Assembly (NCBI GenBank): GCA_965112155.1
Contig: OZ218102.1
Source of the DNA: Podarcis liolepis
Lineage: Eukaryota
Length of the DNA stretch: 64,000 bases
Reading direction: 5' to 3' (one strand)
Shown: positions 1 to 11,005 of the stretch, one piece after another
Position numbering within the stretch: position 1 is the stretch's first letter
How the letters are laid out: every line of letters starts with the position of its first letter
Notes under the pieces: generated by a model
Database searches by the model: none
Seen by the model: the letters and a program-made list of their open reading frames with translations, nothing else
What the model was told of the DNA's origin: nothing
Translations under genes and position numbers: made by a program

Positions 1-559
1 GCCGTTCTTGATAAGGGTCAGGTGACATTCCTGGCTGCTGGGTTCTTAGACTCTGCATTGGAAGCAGGGAAGAGTTATGAGGTGTGGGCGAGACTTCTCC
101 TGCAATACAAAGAAGCTGGACACCCAACAGTTGCTATGAAAGACGTTTGGGGAATCTGAAACAGCAACATAGCTTTTGGGCTGATCCGTCTTGACAAAAT
201 GTTAGACAGCCTCAGAAGCAGCAGAGCAAAGAGGAAAGGAAAGAGATTGTGCATTTCATATGCAAAACTGATGCTTTCGGAGAGACTCCAGCTGTGTTCC
301 AGGTCACCCCAGCATTGCTTGCAATTTAAATGTTCAAAGCAAGCAGTGAGGTACTAAAAATGTAAGAGGAGGAGGGGAAACCAGGCCAAAAGGTACTAAA
401 ATGAATAAAATCCTCAGCTGTAGATCAATATACTTACCGCGGGCATAGGAATATGCACAGCTGCAATTGTACATTTCAGTATCACAATTTGATAGTTGGT
501 CTGGAAGTATCGGTTATTAGCTTTCCTTTATATAGAATTAGCCTCTAGCTGCTGGTGGT

Positions 560-1100
560 TCCAGGCACTGGAGGAAGGGCATTTCAAAGAGGAGAAGGCA
601 GAATTCTCAGCAAGTTTCAACGGACTACTCTTGGATGTTTAACTGCAAGCAAAACAACACAGTCTGCTTGAAGAGTGTTGAATGTGAAGAAAGCCTTTGG
701 ACCAGCCGCCAGGAAAACTGCACTGCTGAAAACCTTGTCTAGAAAGATCATTGCAGACCATAGCAAGCAGATGAAGTGATGAGTAGAGCATTATTAAGAA
801 CTGTACTCATGGGAAAACATGGGTCTCTGACATAGCAATTGACAGCATCCAGACTCTGCCTGTCTTGAAAGAGCTGAATATCCCTCCGTCCCTTCCCCTG
901 ATAAACTGAAGGACACCATCAACTCCTAAGCAGGTGGTAAAGCACCAGGACAAGACGGAAACCCAACAGAAGTGCTGAAAGCTGACTTCAGTTCCTCCCT
1001 CATGATGCACCTCCACAGTCTTCCCTTTCAGACATGTGCAACCCTCTGTAAGAACGAAGGTGATTGCCATGATTGTAATAACTACTGTGGGATCTCAAGA
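560..1100 (+). mobile_element. Degraded RTE-clade LINE fragment (start of the RT domain); may extend to about 130
   Basis: Broken-frame peptides KKAFGP, QMxxxVEHYxELYS, GKAPGQDGNPTEVLK (933-980) and KNEGDCHDCNNYCGIS (about 1050-1097) match RTE-type KAPGxDG and KxKGDxxDCxNYRGIS motifs. Confidence 0.8.
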
Positions 1101-2814
1101 CAAGGGATAGTGGGATGGAAAACCTGATAGACTTCATGGTAACCTAGGCTGGTTCAAGAAAGGTCCAGTAATATTCAAAGATTTTCTGGAGGAACTTGCT
1201 CAGACCTGGGTAAAAATATGTCCCATGTCTATGTGCTGAGCCACAAAGTGATATATGTTGCGTACTGAATTGTAAACACTTTGGTGTACCAACTCTGAAA
1301 GGACAAAAATATATCCTGCAGTGCCACAGGATAGTAAATTACTCCTGGCCAATGGTGTTTAAATCCCTTGCAAGTGAACAGTTAACAGTAAACAAAGATT
1401 CAACAGACACACAGATGAGCACCTGCTCTGAACAATTCCATTATTAATGAGAAACTGGTTAGCCAGAAGGTGCTTCTAATGAAATTCAGATGGGAGGGGG
1501 ACCACAGGAGCTGCCATCTACTGCTTTCCCACAGATCTTAGGTATCTCTCTCTCTCTCTCCTACAGTGGAGAATACTTGTCAGTGGGGTGCAGCAGGGTA
1601 AGATGTTGGAGAGACAAGTGCTAAGAATCCAATAGCCACAGGAAGCAGCTACTGGTCTGAAACTAATTTAAACAGAGGAGGGATGGGAAATGGCAATTTG
1701 CTGACCTCCCTCCCAAGGATTTCTGATTAATATCTCTATATCTAAGCTGAGGTGCTGAATATGAAGGCAGGGAACTCGTCTACAAGGCAGCCCCATTTTA
1801 ATCAAACCCCTGCTTTTTCAACAGAGTTGTGCAACATATGCCACAAGCAGAGAATTGGTACAGTAAGCCTGCAACTTACGCACATTCAGCTTTACGCGCT
1901 TGGCAAAATATATATTTTAAATGGAAAGGGGTGGAATCCAGGAAAAGGGACTTCGACAATCCTATCCAATGTGTTCTGCTTCTACGCAATCTTGGCTTGA
2001 GGGTGCAATCCCTGGAACGTGACCCTTGCATAAGTTGCTGGTTTAGCCCCATGTTTCCACAGGCCATTTTTTCCATCACTGAGCTTTCTATTAAAGGTAG
2101 TTTTAAGATCTCATAGTGACTGTTTTAAAGAGACAGGACCAGAATCTGCTTGAAGAGAAAACAGAATTGGTTTGGTCTTAGACAACCTGGATCAGAGGAT
2201 GTTCATACCACATTAGACCTGTTGACTGATGGGTGACGGAAGAGCAGAAGAGATGGCTCCAGGGGGTCACACAAATATCAAATGATAGTTCCCCAACACT
2301 GGAAATCCCATGACATATCTGGTATTGTGGACCTTGCAACTGGCAGCCCATAAGAAGATCCTGTCCAGTAAAATGCAAAAGTAAGGAAGTTTTCATTTGA
2401 TTTGGAAAGGATTCCTAGAACTCTTTGCTGAGTAAGAAGTAGAGTCTATGGTATTGGAAAACGCATCACATAGAGTTCAACCTTTTCTGTATTGTATCAT
2501 AATACCAACAGCAAAACCTAATAGGCAGCTTTGCTGGCTCTTCTTATGGAAGCCCCACTGTTTTTTGTCTGCTTGTAGCAAGACCTGTTCTATATGTTTG
2601 GCAATTCTGTTCTTTAATAATATGTTAAGCCTACCCATCAGTGAGCTTCAAGGCTGGGCAAGAATTGAACTTTGGACCTCTAGTACTAGCCATATACTCT
2701 TAACCATGGTATGACTTGCAGGCTTCTCATAGGCACCTAGTTGGCCAATGTTGGGTGAGATGCTAGATAAGGTGGGGCTTTTGGTCAGATGCAGCAGGTG
2801 AGGAATCCCAATTT

Positions 2815-3180
2815 GGAATGGTTGGAAATCTGAAGGAACGTCTCTTCCCATATACTCTTCCCTGGACCGTGAGGCTGGTTGGGAAAGCCCTTCTGGTGGG
2901 GTCCTCCTCAGCTGAGATCAGGAGATCTACAACTCACCAAAGGGCCTTCTTGGCAAGAGCACTCCTGTTGTGGAGCACTCTCCCCTCCCAGACTCATTTG
3001 GTTTCTACTTGGTCTATCTTTCAGCGCCAGCTGAAGACCTTCCTTTACTGCCAGGACTTTTGACTTGGGCACATTGAAATGTATTTTTACTTTTATTAGT
3101 TTCTGAATTTGAAAACTGTTGTGACTCGTCCCATTATCACTAGTGATCAGGGGCAGGACATACTTTTTATATATCTATAA
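2815..3180 (+). mobile_element. L2-like LINE 3' fragment
   Basis: LKERLFPY..RAF..APxLWxxLP..FxRxLKTFL peptide (ORF 2818..3063), followed by an AT-rich 3' UTR-like stretch. Confidence 0.7.
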
Positions 3181-4314
3181 AAAGAAAATTTGCAATTATG
3201 CAATCACCCAATTAAAAATGCATTGCACCTCCTTATAACTGAACAATAGCAGTTAAAGGAAAGCAGTGACCATGTTCAGTCTGCCTGTATGGTAAAGCTT
3301 GAAAGCCTGCAGTCCCTTGCACTGCCTGTCCTTTGTCCACGGGAAGATATCTGATTTGGGGCACCTTACTGCGCATCAGGTAGAACAAGAAACATTTGTC
3401 ATAGCAGAGATTGGCAGGAAAGGGCCTCAGAGTCTCATGCAGCACCCCAACGTGACCATAAGGCCCTGCCATTCACTCTGTGTCACAATTAATGAAAAAC
3501 AATTAGACACTGTCAACCAGGGCTAAATCTTTCAGACACACAGCCGACCTCTGCCTGGGGTCACATCCAGTATTTCTTCCCCCCAAAAGACCCTCCATTC
3601 CCAATCACCACAGAGCTTTCCCAGTGGTTGGAGAATGACGTTGAGTCATATATTCCCTTCTGCTCAATGGATCTTAAACAATGGCTCAATCCTTGCTTTG
3701 ACTAAAGGGCTCAGAGCTTGGGCTGCAGAACTGTATGTCCCTGATGAGAAGGTATTTCTTCTTGAGGGCTCTTACAAAACTAAGGCCCTTTCGGGTGCCC
3801 AGAATTTTAGTCAATCAAAGCAGACTAATTAAGATGGGAAAGAATAAAATCTCCTCTCCTCCCTGCCAACATCCGGAGTGCTCGTTCCTTTGGCCAACAC
3901 ATTTATTCCGAGGGTCGTGACCTTTGGGGGGAGATCACAAATGGGCATTGGGAGGTTGTGACCCTTTCTAAGCAGAGAGTGAAGGAGTGAGCAGCTATCC
4001 CCATCTATTTCCTTTGGTGGTTATGGGGTCGCAGGCTGGGAAGGGTCAAGCACTGTAGGATTAGTTCTTTCATCCAGGCCACCCATTAAAAATCCCAGAT
4101 CATTAGCAACACATTAATGCTGTCTCAGAAAAAAAAGGGTTGATCCCCCATTACCCAATACTGCCTCTCAGCAGAGCAATGAAGCCAGTTGCTTCACAAA
4201 TTCCCCGAGGACACTGGGATGGCTGCAAGGAGCTCTAGAATTGATCCTCCATTCTTCCTAAACCGAGCTGCACCCAATTTTTCCTGGAACTCAGAAAGTT
4301 GACTCACAGTAAGA

Positions 4315-4519
4315 CGCCTTATAACAAGTTAGATTTTTCTCCATCTAGGTCAGCATTGTTTGCACAGAAAGGGAGTAGTTCTCTAGGCTTTCAGGTGGGA
4401 GTCTCTCCCAGCCGTATCTGGAGATATAAATTCAATTAATAACAACAAGACCACTGCTAGGGATTGAACCTGAGACCTGTTGCGTGCATGACAGGTGCTC
4501 TGCCACTGAGATATGTCCT
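4315..4519 (-). mobile_element. Old tRNA(Ala)-like SINE, degraded
   Basis: Reverse complement resembles 6991-7170 (CTCAGTGGCAGAGCACCTG, CAGGTTCAATCCC, ATCTCCAGAT, GCTGGGAGAGACT). Confidence 0.65.
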
Positions 4520-5534
4520 TCCTCCATTCAACTAATTGAAACATTTCAACTCATACCCAACCCTACAGATCATTTTCCAGCCATTGATTATTAGAGCCTA
4601 TAATGGGTGGGTGGGTGACTATGTCAGTTATCTTGCTATAGCTACTATGACACATTGATGGCTACAAAGAAGAAAATGCACAGCTTGCCGAATGATCTTT
4701 TGTCGTTTCCCCAATATGTTAGGGGAAAGGCATTAAAGTGGGCATGGCTATAGGCCAGGGCAGGGCAGAAGGTGGATCAGGATCTACTGGTAACTCTCCT
4801 TGTGATCTGCAGTAGATCAACAAGAATTCTGACTCCCAATTGTTTGGCAATGGCAACAACTAAATGGCTCCTTCTTTCAAATCCAATTAAGAACACTTGG
4901 GTTAACCAGGAATGGATTTTGATGCAGGAGGACTGTAAGTTCAGCTGGTACTCAAAACAAATCCTTGTGCTCAGCAGCTACTTCAAAGTACCCTATTCTT
5001 TCATCTTAAGTGTATGTCTTTTACACCTGGCCCCAGGTGGCAGATCTTGAGGTTCAAGTCAAACACAAAATAGGTACTACAAGTCTGAAGTCTGGCCTCC
5101 CCTCTAAAGGCTTTTAAGTCCTTTCCAGCTCCACTACCCAATACCTCTTTAAAAAGCAGAGGGGCACCCAAGGACATACAGCATGCAAAGTATTGCCATG
5201 TTCAACCGTCAAACCCAGAAGGAAATTCAACTAATGCGATTTAGTTCTCTAGCAGTTTTCAGAGTGTGCAATGCTCTGCAGCTCTTGCCTCATTTATCCT
5301 CCCAGCAAGCCTGAAAGGTAGGTTAGGCTGAGAGCACACACACCTTGCTCAAGGCCACCCACTGAGCTTCAAAGCCCAGAATAGCTTTGCTCAAACCAGA
5401 TGCTCTTTCCATGGCAGAATGCAGGCTGGTGAGCTGATTTGAGGCTTTGTAGTTCATTCATCGATATTACCGGTACATTGTCCTCATGGAAGGCCACAAA
5501 GAACCTCCCTGGATTTAAGGGAGCTGTTTCCCCA

Positions 5535-6528
5535 CAGTATTTTCCCGTGTATTGGACGAGGTTTTTTTTTTACTACAAAATTGTGTCAAAAAACTGGGGT
5601 CATGAGTCCTGGCTTCGTGAGGGAGCCCTCGCTTGTGTGAGGCGGCGACGCTTGCAAGGAGGTGATGCCATGGCGGCCCCTACGCAGCCCTGGAGCCCTG
5701 AGGAGCTCCACGGAGACACCCTGCCCAGGAAGGAGATTGTCTGCTTCCTGCAGGAGCAGGCGGCGCACAAGTTCCTGTCAGAGCACAAACTACTAGGACA
5801 GATAAAAAATGTGGCCAAGACAGCCAGTAAGGAGCAGCTGATCATGGCATATAACGAGCTATTTGAAACCGAGAGATTACATGGTACTGAGAGTCCAGAG
5901 CATGTAACAGAGCAAGTGAAAAATGTCAAAATTGATGAGGAGAAGCCCAAGGAGACAAAGCCTGAGGAAGCTGTGGATGAGGGCCCCCCAAAATAAGTCA
6001 GTACTGAAGAAGGGGGATAAAATCAACATTCCCCAAAAGGGTGATGTCGTTCAATGTTGGTATGCAGGGAAGCTGCAAGATGGAACAGTCTTCGATAGTA
6101 ATATTCAAACAAGTTCAAAGAAAAAGAAAGCTGCAAAACCACTGAGCTTCAAAGTCAGCGTTGGAAAAGTGATACGAGGCTGGGACGAAGCTCTGCTGAC
6201 CATGAGCAAAGGGGAGACTGCTCACCTGGAAATCGAACCAGAATGGGCTTATGGGAAGAAAGGGCAGCTGGATGCCAAAATTCCACCAAATGCAAAACTT
6301 TTCTTTGAAGTAGAACTGGTGGATATTGAATGATGGGTTGCTCCTCCTGGTCCCCCATCTTTGAAAACTGTGAAGATGCTCTTGGAAGTCCAGGAAATGT
6401 GTTTGTGGTCTTGTTTCCCACACAGTAAGGGTGGGATGGCGGGGAAACTCATTTTCTTAAAACTTGAGTCCCCCAAAATAGGGGGGGGGTCTTATACACG
6501 GGGATGACATATAGACGGAAAAGTACGG
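5535..6528. mobile_element. Tc1/mariner (Tc2-type) non-autonomous element enclosing the FKBP3 copy
   Basis: Left end CAGTATTTTCCCGTGTAT and right end ATAGACGGAAAAGTACGG are inverted repeats (14/18). TA follows the right end; the left flank is CA. Arms 5535-5601 and about 6448-6528 align with the ends of the MITE at 42580-42736. Confidence 0.85.
5670..6333 (+). pseudogene. FKBP3: Processed (intronless) FKBP3/FKBP25 copy with a frameshift and stop at about 5994
   Basis: ATG 5670 in gccATGg context; MAAPTQPWSPEEL...KKEQL-like N-terminal domain to EGPPK*, then +1 frame SVLKKGDK...VIRGWDEALLTMSKGE...IPPNAKLFFEVELVDIE*. No introns, whereas FKBP3 is multi-exon. The expected KYTKS codons are reduced to AAA T AAG TCA, a 5-nt loss. 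Confidence 0.93.
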
Positions 6529-6990
6529 TACTCACCCATTTTATGGGTCTGGGTTATGCAATACTACAGCCATAGAGCTCACACAATATCCCACCAAACC
6601 ATTTCTTGCTGTTCGCCTCATCATTACTGTGCGTATAAAAAGTGTTCAGGGATGGTCACAGGGCCTGAATTGAATACAAAGCCATGTGGATCCATTGCTT
6701 ATGCAGACTGTTGATTTATTTTTCAAGTAAGTGGTATATAAATCTTGCTAAATACAACAGAATAAACCAGGAGCACACCAAATCCACACATCAACAAGCC
6801 TGCTAGCTGGGGGAGGGCAGAATTCTATAGGCCGTTCCTTAAGAAACCTGTGATCCATCCTCTTGACATAGAAAGCCAGGTGCTTGTGGAGACCTGCTCA
6901 GGTGCTATTAAGGCCCACAGACCCCCTGTCTTCCATCAGTCTGGGCACTGCCTAATGGGGGCAGGGGGAGGGGCTTGAGTGAGGTGGCTA

Positions 6991-7170
6991 AGGGCCATAG
7001 CTAAGTGACAAAGAATCTGGTTTAAATGCGAAAGGTTCCAGGTTCCACCCCCAGCATCTCCAGGTAAGGCTGGGAGAGACCAGTGCCGGAAATCCTGCAG
7101 GCTGCTGCCAGTCTGTGTAGGCAACACAGAGCTAGACAGGTCTGACTCAGTGCAAGGCAGCTCATGTTCC
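6991..7170 (+). mobile_element. Old tRNA(Ala)-like SINE
   Basis: GGGCCATAGCTAAGTG head, CAGGTTCCACCCC B-box remnant, GCATCTCCAGGTAAGGCTGGGAGAGAC body; related copies at about 4315-4519 (-) and 7608-7930 (+). Confidence 0.7.
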
Positions 7171-7607
7171 ATACCTCCAGGTTTCTGGCTTACGGTCAAC
7201 CTGCTCACAGCCTGTCTGCTACTGACCGGCCAGCCTGTCTCATCCCCCACCTGCCTTTATGATCTCTTGCCTGACATCTGACAGGCACGCTGCAGGGAGT
7301 TGTCTGCAGTGCAAACAGCTGCAGAGGAAGGCCCCGGTTTCTTGCCATCTTTCTCCCTTCTTTTTCACACGCCTGCACCTTCAAAATTCCAAGCTGCTTT
7401 CCAATAACCCAAATTAACTCGAGTTTAGGTTTAACCTCTATGTTAATTAGGGAATGCTTGCTAAGCTCATTGAAGATAAAAAGGGGCTAAGAGAAATTCT
7501 CAGTATAAAATCCAAGGGAAAGCAAAACGAGGGAGGGAGGAAAGAAGGCTAAGTTAGGAGAAAAAGTAGCAATGAAGTCAGCTTTGTGATCAGAGAAAGA
7601 CTGGGGA

Positions 7608-7930
7608 GGAACCATAGGTCAGTGAGTAGAGAGCAGGTGTTTGGCCTGAAGAAGGGCTAAGGTTCAAGCCAGGGCATCTCCAGTTATAAGAATCAGGTAG
7701 CAAGTGCCCAAGACCCTGGAAAGCAATCTTGGGTTTGCCTAGATCAGGCATCCCCAACCTGCGGCCCTTCAGATGTTTTGGCCTACAACTCCCATGATCC
7801 CTAGCTAACAGGGCCAGTGGTCAGGGATGATGGGAATTGTAGTCCAAAACATCTGGAGGCCCGAAGGTTGGGGATGCCTAGCCTAGATGGACAAATAGCC
7901 TGTGCCTGTAATTCATTAGTTTCTTATCCA
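7608..7930 (+). mobile_element. Old tRNA(Ala)-like SINE interrupted by the hAT MITE
   Basis: CCATAGGTCAGTGAGTAGAGCA..GGTTCAAGCC..GCATCTCCAG; the SINE resumes with CTAGATGGAC after 7880. Confidence 0.6.
7745..7880. mobile_element. hAT-type MITE
   Basis: CAGGCATCCCCAACCT ... AGGTTGGGGATGCCTA inverted ends; exact 8-bp target duplication GCCTAGAT (7737-7744 and 7881-7888). Confidence 0.92.
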
Positions 7931-9295
7931 CCTATGTACTCTATGTCTCCTCCTCTCATAGATGTGGGTTGCTCTGTCCATCTCAAAGAGCTAGAAGATA
8001 TTCTGGGCCTCTTCACTAAGGTCAGATCTGCATCATTCTTTCAAAGCACATGGCTTCTCCCAAAGAATCCCAGGAACAGTCGTTTCCCCCTCATGAGCAC
8101 CCTCAACAAACCACAGTTCCCAAAGTCCTTTAGGAGCAGCCATTGCCTTGACTGTATGGTGTAGATGAACTCATGGTAGTTGTAGGAAGAAGGTGTATTT
8201 CCTGACACAGAACCAAGGACACCGAGTTGTGTCTAGGCTGCAAGGCTGGCCCACCCATGAGGCAAGGTAGGGAATTGCCTCGGGCGGCAGGATCCACAAC
8301 AGCAGTAGATTCCAATGTAAATCTTTATCTCCCCCCCCCAACTGATGTAGATCTTCACTCACCTGTTCTTCCCTGGCATTTTGTGGTGCTGATGCTGCCA
8401 GGCTGCCATGCACTTTTATCAAGTTACAGCACACACAATTTTTCTGAGAGTCACTGAATACTGCATTCAACAGTGTTGCGACAATAGCTTGCAAACTGAC
8501 ATGTGCAGGGCTTTCAGGGCGTTTCTCGTGGAGATTTTATATATATATATATATCCCACCTTTCCTTTCCTCCAAGGAACCCAAGGTCACTCAGTGAACT
8601 TTATGGCTGAGTCAGGATTTGAACCCTGGTGTGCCAAGTCCTAGTCCCAACACGCTAACCAAAGAGGCCCCAATGATCCTAACATGTTTTCAGCCAGCCT
8701 GGGGCTGTGAAAATGACTTACCTGTTGATAATTATTTTCCCCACAGCCAGTCTGTTTATTAGACCTTTATAACTCAAAAGAAAGATCTTTAATCTCTCTT
8801 TCTTTCTTAAGCAGGACTGTGACTCTGACCTGGAGAAGGTGGGTGGGAAGTGAGAAAGAGAGAAACTGCCGTGTTTTTATTTAAACAGAAGAATCTACAC
8901 GTTAAAGCTCCTAATAGGTTTCAGGCTAGCCAAAGCAGGAAACCAAATACTGTGTGGGGGCCAAGTGAATGCTTATAGCAAGTTCCAGGAAGTGTTACTT
9001 AGTAATCTGGCTAAGCCCTCACAAACACAACTTGTGTAGGCAGAGTTGAGAAAACAGCCACGCGGCACAGGCAGCCTGGCTAGGGAGAGAGCAGGGAACC
9101 AAGTGAATGAGAATTTGGAAATGCAGATGAACAGCTGATGATCCTGGGTCCCAAGATACCAGCAGGACGATAATATTCAGAGAAGGCTCCTCCCAGTATA
9201 ATGGTGTTGTGGAGATGACAGGAATGCCTAAGCTCCTGCACTAACGCCTGCCCTTTAAAAGCCGCATGCAGCACCTTTATCCGGCATGGCTTGTT

Positions 9296-9652
9296 AAAGG
9301 TACCCCTGCCGGTACGGGCCAGTCGTGTCCGACTCTAGGGTTGTGCGCTCATCTCACTCTAGAGGCCGGGGGCCAGCGCTGTCCGGAGACACTTCCGGGT
9401 CACGTGGCCAGCGTGACGAAGCTGCTCTAGTGAGCCGGCACCAGCGCAGCACACGGAAACGCCGTTTAACTTCCCGCTAGAAAGCGGTACCTATTTATCT
9501 ACTTGCACTTTAGGGGTGCTTTCGAACTGCTAGGTGGGCAGGAGCTGGGACCACAGACGGGAGCTCACCCCGTCGCGGGGATTCGAACCACCGACCATGC
9601 GATCGGCAAGCCCTAGGCGCTGAGGATTTACCCACAGCGCCTCCCGCGTCCC
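9296..9652 (-). mobile_element. Sauria SINE, full length and young
   Basis: Minus-strand head GGGACGCGGGAGGCGCTGTGGG, B box GGTTCGAATCC, core TGCAAGTAGATAAATAGGTACC, ACCTTT tail; exact 12-bp target duplication GCATGGCTTGTT; CpG rich. Confidence 0.93.
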
Positions 9653-10589
9653 GCATGGCTTGTTGCACGTAGCCAAACATAGCAGTAAACACGAAGGCTA
9701 GAAACACACTTTCAAAAACTATTTTAAAAACTGAATCTTAGGGATTAGCTTGCAAGGCACCAGAAAACTAGGGTCCATTCACAGGTAGTTACCATAATCA
9801 GAGCACAAAGAGATTTGTGTGTGCCAAAATATGCAAAAAACCCAAGACAAAACTGTGCAATGCAGCATTTATTTTGCAGAGCACATTTGCTTCCAAGATC
9901 TAGAATTCAAATACTTTTTGTTTGTTTTTTAAAAAAGCACAAATGAGAATAAAGAACACTGTGGGGGGTCACATGAGGTGGCCACTTCCCGTGGGGGCGG
10001 CACTTACAGCGGTGCCTGCAGTTCGCCTGAGCCATGCCTCTCTCCTGGGAGTGACGCGGTGGCTTGGGCAGCTACAGGCACCATGTTGTCTGAAAAGGCA
10101 GTGTGGGACCTGTGTCTGTTCGCTGCCCCCTCCTCAGCCACCCTGCCGTGCCCCATGCCCCAGCTCGCCCTGCCCCTAAGCCCTGATAAGGAAGGAGAAC
10201 AGGATGTGAAAACTGGGGGCAGGCCATTGGAGCAGATAGTAAGGCACGCAGGCAGTTTAAGAGCTGTACCCAGTATCCTCCAGGCTGTGACCGACAGAAC
10301 GTTAGTCTGGTCTTGCCTTTTCACTGCACAAGGAGAGGGGTCTGGCTCAATTAACCGGGTTCAGTTTCCTCCATTTGCAAGATACAGAATAAGGCAGAGG
10401 GAAATGGGAGGAAAATGGTCTTTTATTTTTTAGTTGGAAAATCTCCACCTCTGCAAGAAAGTTTGGCTCTAAAGGAGGCATACTTTTTTTTGGTATCTTT
10501 GTTGAATACCGCCCATAGTGGCTGGGGCAACCCAGTCCAGTTAGATGGGCAAGGTATAAAATAAATTAGCAGTATACTATTATTATAAA

Positions 10590-11005
10590 GTGCAGGTTTG
10601 ATCTATAAAGCCTTAAACGGTCCAAGGCCACAATACCTCAAGGACTGCCTCTCTCCATATAATCACAGGACTGGACCCTTTGACCATCACCTGAGGCCCT
10701 TATTTGTGTTCCCCCTCCACAAGAGGTCCGGAGGGCAGCAACACGAGAACTGGCCTTTTCTGCAGTGGCTCCCTGCTTGTGGAATGCTGTCCCCAGAGAG
10801 CTCACCTGGTGCCTTCATTACGTATCTTTAGGTACTAGGCAAAAGCATTCCTCAAGCTGGCCTTTGACTAATTAAACCATCTATGGCCTTTAAAACTCTG
10901 TGTGTGTGTGTGTAGTGGGTATTACGTTACACATTTTTGTGTTTTTATACTGTAAACCGCCCTGTGATCCTCTGATGAAGGATAGTATATACATTTAATA
11001 AATGA
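10590..11005 (+). mobile_element. L2-like LINE 3' end
   Basis: LIYKALNGPRPQYLKDCLSPY motif, GCCTTTTCTGCAGTGGCTCCC..TGTGGAATGC, terminal TGTAAACCGCCCTG..TATA..AATAAA. Confidence 0.8.

Noticed and set aside
5490-5524. Weak inverted similarity (about 23/34) to 6378-6411
   Set aside because: Too diverged relative to the well-preserved FKBP3 copy and too short to separate from chance.
5439-5669. N-terminal extension of the FKBP3 ORF shown in the ORF track
   Set aside because: It starts at TTG and reads through flank and MITE arm; homology to FKBP3 begins at ATG 5670.
5984-5998. Programmed ribosomal frameshift at C CCA AAA TAA restoring full-length FKBP3
   Set aside because: The heptamer fits a -1 slippery pattern, but the PPIase frame is +1 relative to ORF1, so a -1 slip does not reach it. 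+1 shifting at AAA TAA is a ciliate feature. A plain 5-nt deletion explains the sequence.
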